NCBI GenBank assembly: GCA_001791275.1
Contig: MGEH01000024.1
Span: 11,097 to 75,096, forward strand
Source of the DNA: Candidatus Uhrbacteria bacterium RIFCSPHIGHO2_12_FULL_60_25
GTDB taxonomy: Bacteria; Patescibacteriota; Patescibacteriia; 2-12-FULL-60-25
Direction: 5' to 3'
DNA: 64,000 nt
In this document: positions 51,670 through 60,030 of the stretch, piece by piece
Layout: each line of letters begins with the position of its first letter
How positions within the stretch are numbered: position 1 is the stretch's first letter
The notes under the pieces: generated by a model
The model's input: the letters and a program-made list of their open reading frames with translations, nothing else
The model's database searches: none
What the model was told of the DNA's origin: nothing
Translations under genes and position numbers: made by a program

Positions 51670-52368
51670 CTATGACCAACCGAGTCGCATTTTCACCATC
51701 CGCCACACGAGGCGGAGGTGCCTTTTCATTTCCTTCTGATAGTCTAATTTGCTCTCCCCGTGCACGCGTTGCGTAAGCATGGCCGGTACCTCAACCACGC
51801 GTTTACCGCGCCGAACAAGGTAGAAAAGAATTTCCGCGTTAATGTCAAACCCCGTGGACTGGAGCGGCAGGTCCACCACGTCCGCGCGGCGATACAGACG
51901 GAAGATCGGCGTGACCGCCGTGATCTTCCGTCCAAAGATCACCGAATACACGAGCGTGGACAGCTTGCCGACGAGCACGCGGTACGACGGAATGTCTTTT
52001 CCATATCCGGCGAGCTTGGGCGAGCCGGAGACGATATCCACGTCGCCGCGATGGAAACGTTCGAGGAGCAAGGGGACGAGCGAAGGTGAAAACGTGAGGT
52101 CCGTATCCATCGTCACCACGAGGTCACCTCTCGCTTCTTTGATCCCGGTGCGGATGGCGACACCCAGCCCACGGTTCCTGTCGTGCTGAACGAGCCGGAC
52201 CCGTTCCCCGAGACCGCGTGCGACGGCTGCCGTGTCGTCCACGCTGCCGTCGTCCACGACGATGATCTCGTACGGCTCTCCGATCCGCTCGAAGACAGGA
52301 ACGGCCTCAACCGGAAACCGTTTCAGATTTTCGGCCTCGTTGTATGCGGGAAAGATGAAGCTGATCAT
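51670..52368 (-). CDS. GT2 glycosyltransferase, DPM1/GtrB-like
   Basis: Start taken at MISFIFPAYNEAENL (52368, ATGA overlap). VVDDGSVDDT and MDTDL. Confidence 0.85.
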   Translation of the reverse strand: MISFIFPAYNEAENLKRFPVEAVPVFERIGEPYEIIVVDDGSVDDTAAVARGLGERVRLVQHDRNRGLGVAIRTGIKEARGDLVVTMDTDLTFSPSLVPLLLERFHRGDVDIVSGSPKLAGYGKDIPSYRVLVGKLSTLVYSVIFGRKITAVTPIFRLYRRADVVDLPLQSTGFDINAEILFYLVRRGKRVVEVPAMLTQRVHGESKLDYQKEMKRHLRLVWRMVKMRLGWS

Positions 52369-53516
52369 ACTCTGTGAACGCGACGTTGAAGCGACGCAAC
52401 CCATTCAAGGATTCTCCTGGAACGCTCCGACCAGGTGTATCGCGCGCTTAACGCGAGCGCAGCCGCCGCCTTGGCGCGCGCTTCATCCGGACGATCCATG
52501 GCGCGCACGATCTGGAGCGCGAGCGTGTTGACATCACCGGGCAAGGCGAAAAACGCCGACCGTTCATCCACGATCTCGCGGACCGAGGGCAGGTCCGTCA
52601 CGACCATCGGCACGCCGCTCATGAGATACTCAAAGAGCTTTAGCGGAGACATGTACAACGCGTAATGTTCCGTATGCGGAAACGGCATGAGGAGCAGGTC
52701 TGCGGCGGCATAGAACCGCTTCAGATCCGCTTGCGGAACATGCCCGCGCAGTTCAGTCCCGTCCTGGACACGGGGACGGTACCGCGCGATCTCTTCCGGC
52801 GTCCCGCCGACGGCGATCAGCCGGAGCTTCCGTTGTTTGCCGCGAAGATGCGCGACAGCCACAATCGCCTCATCCAGACCCTTCGGCATGCCCATGGTGA
52901 GAAACTTCCCGGTATAGAGACAGACGAATTCGCCATCCGGAATGCCGAGCGCGCGCCGTGCCGAAACGCGATCAGGCGCGCCTGCAAACAACGCTGGATC
53001 GACCGCGTCTGGTTCCACGAGGATCCGGTCGGACGGAAACCCGAACGACGAAAGGCGTTCTTTTGACGCGCGCGTGAGTGTCACGATCGCATCCATCGTG
53101 CGCATGGCGCGACGGCCGAACCACGACGAGTGGACACGGTGCGATTCCCATACGCGAAGCCCTGGAACGTCGCCGAATGAAAAAACGTACGGTTCGCGGC
53201 TGTACACGAGGTCGGGTCGGTATGTGAGCAGCCGGGGACGAAGCGCTCGGATGAACGTCGCCGTCTGAATCCAAAATCCAAGCGCGCCGAGCCAATGCCA
53301 ACGGAGCGCGTCGGCGCACGGCACGCGCTCGAACACGAATGTTTTCGGCTTGTCGTAATAGGCAAACGGATCATCCGCGACCACGGGCGTGCGATCCGTA
53401 ACATACAGGCGCACCTCATGACCGAGCGCCGCAAACGCCGAACACACGGCCATCACCTGGTCGCTCTGCGCTTTTTCCGACGGGAAACGGCTGTTTGCGA
53501 TGTAGGCGATTTTCAT
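52365..53516 (-). CDS. GT4 glycosyltransferase
   Basis: 383 aa. MKIAYIANSRFPSEKA, with a C-terminal SPLKLFEYLMSGVPMVVTD region. Confidence 0.88.
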   Translation of the reverse strand: MKIAYIANSRFPSEKAQSDQVMAVCSAFAALGHEVRLYVTDRTPVVADDPFAYYDKPKTFVFERVPCADALRWHWLGALGFWIQTATFIRALRPRLLTYRPDLVYSREPYVFSFGDVPGLRVWESHRVHSSWFGRRAMRTMDAIVTLTRASKERLSSFGFPSDRILVEPDAVDPALFAGAPDRVSARRALGIPDGEFVCLYTGKFLTMGMPKGLDEAIVAVAHLRGKQRKLRLIAVGGTPEEIARYRPRVQDGTELRGHVPQADLKRFYAAADLLLMPFPHTEHYALYMSPLKLFEYLMSGVPMVVTDLPSVREIVDERSAFFALPGDVNTLALQIVRAMDRPDEARAKAAAALALSARYTWSERSRRILEWVASLQRRVHRV

Positions 53517-56059
53517 ATCTTTTTCTTACGTCGCAATCGGTCCCAAATGACGACGAGCGCCATCGCCGCCAGAATCGCGAGCAGATTATCCAACGGAATC
53601 CGGTACTTCGTGTACCCAGCGATGATGGAATGCAACGCGGAATACACCGCAAAGACGATCAGGATCGGGACGATAACCCCGAACATCTTCCGTCGCTTCG
53701 CGAGGACGAGTCCGGCGAGCGTCAAGACTTCAAGTGCGAAGACGTACCCAGCGAGCGACCAGCGCGCCGCCATGATTTTCCAGCCCGCGTCCGCGAATGA
53801 CCATTGCGCGCCGTATTTCAACCCAGGCTGAAGCATCGGTGACCAGAACCCGGCGACCTTCAACGCCTGCAACTTCCATCCTTCAGACCAGTAGTTTTGC
53901 TTCAACCAATCCATCCCAACCTTCGTCCAGTAGTCGTTGAACTCCGGCTCGCTCATCGCTCCAGTATCCTTGCACGATGTCCGACTGTCACCAGGTTCAT
54001 GAGGATGCCACTCGGTGAACAGTCGTGACGGTTTGAGCCAACCCCGTTCGCGAAGCGCCGCTTCGACTTCCGGCAGCATCACGTACCGCACCTCCTGCGG
54101 GTTGTCCGGATTGAACACGCGCTCGCTCGTCTGCACTTCCTGCGGGAATCCGAGGACCGTGAGACCGTACATATTTTCGCTGTTCGCCTTGGCCAAGGCA
54201 TGTCCCAAATCCGTAGTCAGCGGCACGAACCGGTGGAACGCCTGCCAGTTCCGGTACGTCCACGGCGCAATGAGCGCGGCCGAGACGATCCCCATGATCG
54301 CGATCGCGAGCACTGCGCGCTTCACGTCCTTTCGCCAGCGCCACAAAAGCCATGCGGACAAAAGGACGGTCGCGGGCAGAATCGTCCCTTGGACGTACGC
54401 CAACGCCGCGATCCAAACGCCGGTCCCGACGGCCCATCGCATTCGCTTCGTCTCTTCGAGACGCAGCAGACTGAAGAGCAGCGTCACGAGGAACAAGCCG
54501 GACAGCACCGTGTGGTAGTACTGCGTGTAGTGATAGAAGGTGTACGGATGGATGGCGGTCAGAACCGCCGCGACGAGACCGACTCGACGGTCTTTCGTGA
54601 GCGCCCAGCCCAGGCGGTAGACCATGTACGTGAGAAGGACGGCCAGAGCGTTTTGGACGACTGCCTGCGCAAAGAAATTCGCAAACCCGAACAACCCGTA
54701 CACTCCCGTCAAGAAAAACAAAAAGCCGGGCGAACGGTACGCCGACACGCACCCGACGTCCTGCACGAACGAGTAGCCGTATCCCAGGAACCAATTCTGC
54801 ACGAGGGTGAAGAATCCCCACTCGCGATTCGCACCAAGCGTCTTCCAGAAAAGCGCCACGGACAGGCCTCGCACGAGAACCGCGAATCCGATCACCCCCG
54901 CCGTCCACATCCATACACGACGGCCGGGAACCGGGAACGGGGAACCGAGAACCGTCCATGCAGCGTGCTGCCGACGGACGAGCTCCCCAGCATCAGGAAA
55001 CTCCTTCGATCTCTCATACGCATTCTTCACCATCCACTCGCGGCGCTCTGACTCCGACAGTTGCTCGCGAATCGCCGCGACGAGCCCCGCGATATCATTA
55101 GGTTGGACGACACGACCATCTATTTGCGGCCTGAAAAACGATCCCACGCACCCCACATCCGTCGTCACGATCGGCACGCGCGCGGCCATTGCTTCCACGA
55201 TCGTCCTCCCCCACCCTTCATATCGGGAAGACAGAACGAACAGGTCAGCACCGCGCCACAGGTCTTCCTGTGAAGACCAAGGCTCGATCGTGACGATATC
55301 ACTCAGCTTGAGATCATGAATAAGCCGTTCGACGGCTCGCCGGAGCGGTCCTGCGCCGACAAGTCGCGCTCGAAAATCGACACCTTGCTCACGAAGCGAC
55401 GCGAGCGCACGGACGAGCACATCCAGCCCCTTCTGCTTCACGAACCGGCACGGCGCCACGATCGTCGGCGCCTTGGACCAAGGCTTTGGTTCTCGCGAGA
55501 GAAGACCCGTCAGGTTCTGCGCAACCGGAATAACGCTGATGCGGTCGGCCGCGACGTGACATCGCCGGACCAGATGATCGCGTACCCGCTCACTCACGAC
55601 CCTCACGCCGTCCGCGCGGCGCAGGAAGAACTTTCCCCACCCGGCCATGACTTCGTGAAAAAACGGCAATTCGCGCTCCCACGCGCCCGAATAGTAGTCC
55701 GCGTGCTCCTGGACCTCGTACGGAACGTCGAGCAGCCGTGAGACGAGAAAAGCGACGAAACCGGCCGCGAACGGATCTTGCGCCGTGATGATCGGCGTCT
55801 CGCCGGTCTTGCGCGCTCGCCTGACCGCCCGCATGACGGCGACGGTTGCTTTCCACACGCGGACGATTGCATTGCCGCGAAAACCGTACACGCACGTCTG
55901 CGAATCTCCGCGCTCCGCGTTCTGATGCGCGTTCGCGAGCAACACCGCGGTCACGCGGACGTCGTCTGACGCGAGAGCCGCGAGACGGCCCGAAGATTCT
56001 GACGCCGGATCCAGGAATCCGCGCTCGTACGACAGCATGATGATGCGGAGCGGCTTCAT
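53513..56059 (-). CDS. Fusion: GT4 glycosyltransferase (N, ~385 aa) + GT-C/PMT_2-like polytopic membrane domain (C, ~460 aa)
   Basis: 848 aa. N-terminal part has YEGWGRTIVEAMAARVPIVTTDVG. The C-terminal part has many TM segments. The domain junction is encoded by the heptamer tract (SPFPVPGR). Confidence 0.88.
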   Translation of the reverse strand: MKPLRIIMLSYERGFLDPASESSGRLAALASDDVRVTAVLLANAHQNAERGDSQTCVYGFRGNAIVRVWKATVAVMRAVRRARKTGETPIITAQDPFAAGFVAFLVSRLLDVPYEVQEHADYYSGAWERELPFFHEVMAGWGKFFLRRADGVRVVSERVRDHLVRRCHVAADRISVIPVAQNLTGLLSREPKPWSKAPTIVAPCRFVKQKGLDVLVRALASLREQGVDFRARLVGAGPLRRAVERLIHDLKLSDIVTIEPWSSQEDLWRGADLFVLSSRYEGWGRTIVEAMAARVPIVTTDVGCVGSFFRPQIDGRVVQPNDIAGLVAAIREQLSESERREWMVKNAYERSKEFPDAGELVRRQHAAWTVLGSPFPVPGRRVWMWTAGVIGFAVLVRGLSVALFWKTLGANREWGFFTLVQNWFLGYGYSFVQDVGCVSAYRSPGFLFFLTGVYGLFGFANFFAQAVVQNALAVLLTYMVYRLGWALTKDRRVGLVAAVLTAIHPYTFYHYTQYYHTVLSGLFLVTLLFSLLRLEETKRMRWAVGTGVWIAALAYVQGTILPATVLLSAWLLWRWRKDVKRAVLAIAIMGIVSAALIAPWTYRNWQAFHRFVPLTTDLGHALAKANSENMYGLTVLGFPQEVQTSERVFNPDNPQEVRYVMLPEVEAALRERGWLKPSRLFTEWHPHEPGDSRTSCKDTGAMSEPEFNDYWTKVGMDWLKQNYWSEGWKLQALKVAGFWSPMLQPGLKYGAQWSFADAGWKIMAARWSLAGYVFALEVLTLAGLVLAKRRKMFGVIVPILIVFAVYSALHSIIAGYTKYRIPLDNLLAILAAMALVVIWDRLRRKKKI
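54926..54953. repeat. Four GGGAACC-type heptamers at the GT4/GT-C domain junction
   Basis: GGGAACC GGGAACG GGGAACC GAGAACC read directly on the plus strand. The gene is on the minus strand, so the coding strand reads GGTTCCC-type units. Confidence 0.75.
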
Positions 56060-57219
56060 AGATTCAGGGCTTCCAGCGTCTTCTTCACCATGGTCTCAAA
56101 TCGCAACGCGTCCGGCACGGCCGGCGTCGTCCGTTCAGGCCATGGTCCTGACAGGGCGGTACGCCATGCGCCGACGTCACCATACGGCAAGACGCGCACG
56201 AGCTCGCCCAAGAGCTCGCGCGTCTCCGGGTTCCCGCCCTTGTCGCTCACGAAGCTCGGCAGACCCACGGACGCGGCCTCGGGCACCACGTGCGGGAAGC
56301 CTTCGTATCCGGACGGAAGGACGAACAGGTCGGCCGCGCGGTACCAGTCCGCGAGCGCCGTGCGGTCGAGTCTGCCGACAAACCGCACTCGGTCACCGAC
56401 GCCCCGTTCAGACGCGAGTTTTTTCCAGTCGTCCAACGATGGCCCGTCGCCTGCGACTACTAAGACGACGTCGCTGGGCAGGTCGGACATGATCCCGATG
56501 ATAAAATCCACGCCTTTCCAAGGCACGCATCGCACCGCCGTGAGCATCACGCGCTTACCCTCGATGTTGAGTCGCATCGTCGAAGAGGGCAGCGGTTCTG
56601 CCGCATTGTAAATGACGCGAATGCGTCCTTCCGGCACGCCCCATGCCTTCACGACAGACGCGAGATACCGGCTCGGCACGATCATGCGGATCGCCCGTTT
56701 CGCCGTCCATCGCTCGATCCATTCCAAGACGCGGACCGTCCCCACATGCCGATGCGTCAAAAATTCATCCAACAATTCTTTTCGTCCGGTTCCCGGTTCC
56801 CCGTTCCCGGTTCCCCGTTCCCGGTTCCCGGCTTCCCGTTCCCCGTTCCCGGTTCCCTGATACATCTCCCATGCATAATCCCCAACCACCTTCATCACCG
56901 TGGATTTGCCAGCGAGCATCGCACCGATCGTGCCTGGCAGACCCTCCGAGACAGGCCCTTGAAGATAAACGACGTCAACGAGCCGTGCTCTGCGACGTAC
57001 GGTATCCGCAAACTTCCAATATCGTGCCAAAATGTTGCGATTGCGTCCGATCCGTTCAACCGGATATCCGTCCACGTGCTCAATCCCGTCTTTCTCGCCG
57101 TATGCGACCACCTGCACTTCGTGCTCTGAAGACAACGCTGCCCGAGCAAAGGCCCGGGTGTATGTGGCAGGTCCGCCTGCGTCCGGCGGATAGATGCCAG
57201 TTGCAAGAAGTATCTTCAT
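56056..57219 (-). CDS. GT4 glycosyltransferase carrying a repeat-encoded insertion
   Basis: 387 aa. MKILLATGIYPPDAGGPA and YEGFPHVVPEAASVGLPSFVSD. Contains an internal QGTGNGEREAGNRERGTGNGEPGTGRK segment. Confidence 0.9.
   Translation of the reverse strand: MKILLATGIYPPDAGGPATYTRAFARAALSSEHEVQVVAYGEKDGIEHVDGYPVERIGRNRNILARYWKFADTVRRRARLVDVVYLQGPVSEGLPGTIGAMLAGKSTVMKVVGDYAWEMYQGTGNGEREAGNRERGTGNGEPGTGRKELLDEFLTHRHVGTVRVLEWIERWTAKRAIRMIVPSRYLASVVKAWGVPEGRIRVIYNAAEPLPSSTMRLNIEGKRVMLTAVRCVPWKGVDFIIGIMSDLPSDVVLVVAGDGPSLDDWKKLASERGVGDRVRFVGRLDRTALADWYRAADLFVLPSGYEGFPHVVPEAASVGLPSFVSDKGGNPETRELLGELVRVLPYGDVGAWRTALSGPWPERTTPAVPDALRFETMVKKTLEALNL
56788..56857. repeat. Ten tandem GGTTCCC-type heptamers in-frame within the GT4 gene
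   Basis: GGTTCCC GGTTCCC CGTTCCC GGTTCCC CGTTCCC GGTTCCC GGCTTCC CGTTCCC CGTTCCC GGTTCCC, read directly. Confidence 0.9.
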
Positions 57220-57225
57220 AAGATT

Positions 57226-57248
57226 GTCACCCTGAGCGAAGCGAAGGG
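57226..57248. repeat. Solo GTCACCCTGAGCGAAGCGAAGGG motif, related to the termini of the 2387-2531 element
   Basis: Fills most of the 30-nt gap between two minus-strand genes. Resembles the reverse complement of the 2514-2531 terminus (GTCATCCTGAGCGGAGGG). Confidence 0.3.
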
Positions 57249-57249
57249 C

Positions 57250-57954
57250 TCATGGTTTCTCCAAGACCAACGTCGTTGACCACATGACGTTGTCCAACTG
57301 TTCAGGCGTGAACAGCGACCCCATCCGGTCTTCAAGCCCATACCAGACTCTGATGGCGTCGTCCGACGCGCCGCGCATGAAGCCTTTCAGTGGATGCAGG
57401 TTGTGCTTGCGGACCGCGATCACACGAAACCCCTGCGCTTCGGCTTGGCGACGAAACTCCGCGTCGTCCACGCGCTTCATGTACGGCCCTTCGATGCCGA
57501 AGACCGTGAGAGCTTGGCTAACCGGAACCATGAGGCGCTCCTTCCAGTCCGAGGACCGGAAGTGCCCCGCGTCGTAATTCAAGTATGCGACGCCTCCAGG
57601 CTTGAGCGCGGTCCAGACCGTCTTCAAAAAAGCCGGACGGTCCACCACGTGTTCGATCGCGCTCATGGCGACCACCGCGTCGAACGTCCCCTCCTCGACC
57701 GGGCGCTGGGCGTCGAGAACACGCAAATCGACCTGCGGGACACCCTGAAACTCCGACCGTCCGCGTTCGACCGCAACCGCGTCCGTGTCCACGCCCACGA
57801 CGCACCACTCGGGATGTGAAACAACGAATGAAGACCATTTGTGTCCATTGCCGCACGCGAGGTCGAGCACGCGCGCATTCGCCCGGCCGAAGCGACGGTC
57901 AAGCTCTCCCAGCATCCACTGTTTTGCGGCATTGCCGCGTTCGTAGATCATCAT
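57250..57954 (-). CDS. Class I SAM-dependent methyltransferase
   Basis: Start taken at MMIYERG (57954, ATGA overlap). VLDLACGNGHK SAM motif and FDAVVAMSAIEHV. Confidence 0.85.
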   Translation of the reverse strand: MMIYERGNAAKQWMLGELDRRFGRANARVLDLACGNGHKWSSFVVSHPEWCVVGVDTDAVAVERGRSEFQGVPQVDLRVLDAQRPVEEGTFDAVVAMSAIEHVVDRPAFLKTVWTALKPGGVAYLNYDAGHFRSSDWKERLMVPVSQALTVFGIEGPYMKRVDDAEFRRQAEAQGFRVIAVRKHNLHPLKGFMRGASDDAIRVWYGLEDRMGSLFTPEQLDNVMWSTTLVLEKP

Positions 57955-59102
57955 GGTCGTTGCAGGTTCACGAGCATGCCGCGGATACGAGACGCAATCC
58001 CATCCCATCCGTATTTCTCACGAACGACCCGTTCGCCGTTCGTAATGAGTCGTGACCGGAGCGCGGGATCGTTCTGGATGCGGAGCACGGCGGCTGCGAT
58101 CGAGTCCGGATCACGCGGCTGGCAGAACACGCCGGTCTCGCCGTCCGTGAGAAAATCCGGGATGCCTCCCACCGGGGTACCGACGACCGGAATGCCTGCT
58201 GCCATGGCTTCCAGGAACGAATTCCCGAGTCCCTCGGACAGAGACGCGCGCACAAAGATGTCAGACGCCTGCAAGATGCCGGGCAGTTCGTCGTGCGGCT
58301 TCGACCCTAAGAAAACGACGCGACCCTGAAGACCTTTCTGCGCAGTCAGCACTTCAAGCTTCTGACGGTCCTCTCCGTCTCCGGCGATCAAAACCTTGTA
58401 GGACGCCGGCAGCTTCACGAGCGACCGGATGAGGTCATCAATCCCGTTCTTGAGCGACAAGCGCGAGGCGGTCGCAAGGACGACGTCTCCGTCGTTGAAT
58501 CCATACGACGCCCGGAGCTCACCGCGACGAACGGATGAAATGCGCGTCGTAAACTTCGCGATGTCCACGCCGTTCGGAACCACCTCCGGCTTTCCCTTAA
58601 ACCCCATTTTGATCGACCACTCCGCCAAAAAACGGCTGATCGCCTGCACCGCATCCGCGCGCTGGAAGACCTTCTTATGCAAGAACTCCAACTTGCCCGC
58701 GCGCTTCGCGTAGTGTTCAAGCGGATCCCCTTCCTGCAGCGTCAGCAAGAGCTTCGTCTTCGGTCTCACCCACGTGTACGTCAAGGCGGCGAATCCTCCG
58801 TAGCTCGCCATGAGCGCCCATGCGGCGTCGAACCGTCCAAGCGTGAGCGCCTTCACGGTCCCGAGGACGGGCAGCAGATACTTATCAAACGTCCGCCCGA
58901 AACCGACCCGGTGGACCGTGATATTGCCGATATTTTCGGTAGACGCGAGTCCCGGCTTCAGACGCGCGCAGACCATGTGAAACTCCACGCCTGTGGTGAG
59001 CGAAGTCGAACCATCCGTGATCCGGTCCGTCACTTCGCGCATGGCAATTTCCGCCCCGCCCACGAGCGGAAAGTAGACGGTGGAAAAGATCATGACTCTC
59101 AT
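57951..59102 (-). CDS. GT4 glycosyltransferase
   Basis: Start taken at [18 protein letters not shown] (59102, ATGA overlap). [27 protein letters not shown]. Confidence 0.9.
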   Translation of the reverse strand: MRVMIFSTVYFPLVGGAEIAMREVTDRITDGSTSLTTGVEFHMVCARLKPGLASTENIGNITVHRVGFGRTFDKYLLPVLGTVKALTLGRFDAAWALMASYGGFAALTYTWVRPKTKLLLTLQEGDPLEHYAKRAGKLEFLHKKVFQRADAVQAISRFLAEWSIKMGFKGKPEVVPNGVDIAKFTTRISSVRRGELRASYGFNDGDVVLATASRLSLKNGIDDLIRSLVKLPASYKVLIAGDGEDRQKLEVLTAQKGLQGRVVFLGSKPHDELPGILQASDIFVRASLSEGLGNSFLEAMAAGIPVVGTPVGGIPDFLTDGETGVFCQPRDPDSIAAAVLRIQNDPALRSRLITNGERVVREKYGWDGIASRIRGMLVNLQRP

Positions 59103-60028
59103 ACGACGCTCTTGAAATAGTCGATGGTCCTCTTGAGACCCTCGCGTAATTCGATCTTCGGTTCCCACCCGAGCTTCGCCTTCGCGAGCGCGATGTCCGC
59201 CTGTCGCTGTTTCGGATCGTGCGGCACAGGCGGCAGGTACGTAATCTCGGACGAAGACCCCGTGAGCTCAATCACCAGGTCCGCGAGCTGCTTGATGGTG
59301 AACTCGCCGGGGTTCCCGATGTTCACCGGTCCTGTGAACCCTTCTGTCTCCATCATGCGGACGAGACCTTCCACCAGATCATCAACGTATTGAAAACTTC
59401 GCGTGTACGAACCATCGCCGTAGACGGTGAGCGGCTCGCCGTGGAGCGCCTGCAGGATGAAATTCGACACCACGCGGCCGTCGTCTTTCGCCATGCGCGG
59501 GCCGTATGTGTTGAAGATGCGGACCACGCGGATGTCCACCCCGTACTCGCGGTGGTAGTCGAAGCACAGCGTCTCGGCGCAGCGTTTCCCTTCGTCGTAA
59601 CACGCGCGGCGTGACGTGGGGTCCACGTTCCCCCAGTACGTTTCGTCTTGCGGATGGCAGAGCGGGTCGCCGTAGACTTCGCTCGTGGACGCCTGGAGCA
59701 CGCGCGCGCCCGTGGCTTTTGCGAGCTCGAGGCACGTGATCATGCCGAGCACGTTCGTACGGATCGTTTCGACCGGGTCATGCTGGTAGTGCGGCGGAGA
59801 GGCGGGACAGGCCAGGTTGTAGATGCGATCAAACTGTCCCGTGAACGGTTTTTGGACGTCCGCTTCGATGAACGTGAAGTTCGGATGGCGCAGGATGTGT
59901 TCGATATTGCGCTTGGACCCGGTGAAGAGATTGTCGAGGCACGTCACCGCATGGCCGTCCTGGATGAGACGGTCACAGAGATGGCTGCCGACGAATCCGG
60001 CGCCACCGGTCACGAGAATGTGATACAT
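59099..60028 (-). CDS. UDP-glucuronate decarboxylase (UDP-xylose synthase), canonical copy
   Basis: Start taken at [21 protein letters not shown] (60028). [21 protein letters not shown] and [11 protein letters not shown]. Confidence 0.9.
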   Translation of the reverse strand: MYHILVTGGAGFVGSHLCDRLIQDGHAVTCLDNLFTGSKRNIEHILRHPNFTFIEADVQKPFTGQFDRIYNLACPASPPHYQHDPVETIRTNVLGMITCLELAKATGARVLQASTSEVYGDPLCHPQDETYWGNVDPTSRRACYDEGKRCAETLCFDYHREYGVDIRVVRIFNTYGPRMAKDDGRVVSNFILQALHGEPLTVYGDGSYTRSFQYVDDLVEGLVRMMETEGFTGPVNIGNPGEFTIKQLADLVIELTGSSSEITYLPPVPHDPKQRQADIALAKAKLGWEPKIELREGLKRTIDYFKSVV

Positions 60029-60030
60029 GA

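Noticed and set aside
56788-56857. Possibility that the heptamer arrays (also at 1233-1336 and 10803-10865) are CRISPR arrays.
   Set aside because: The units are 7 nt and directly abutting, with no spacers. They lie inside ORFs, and no cas genes are present.
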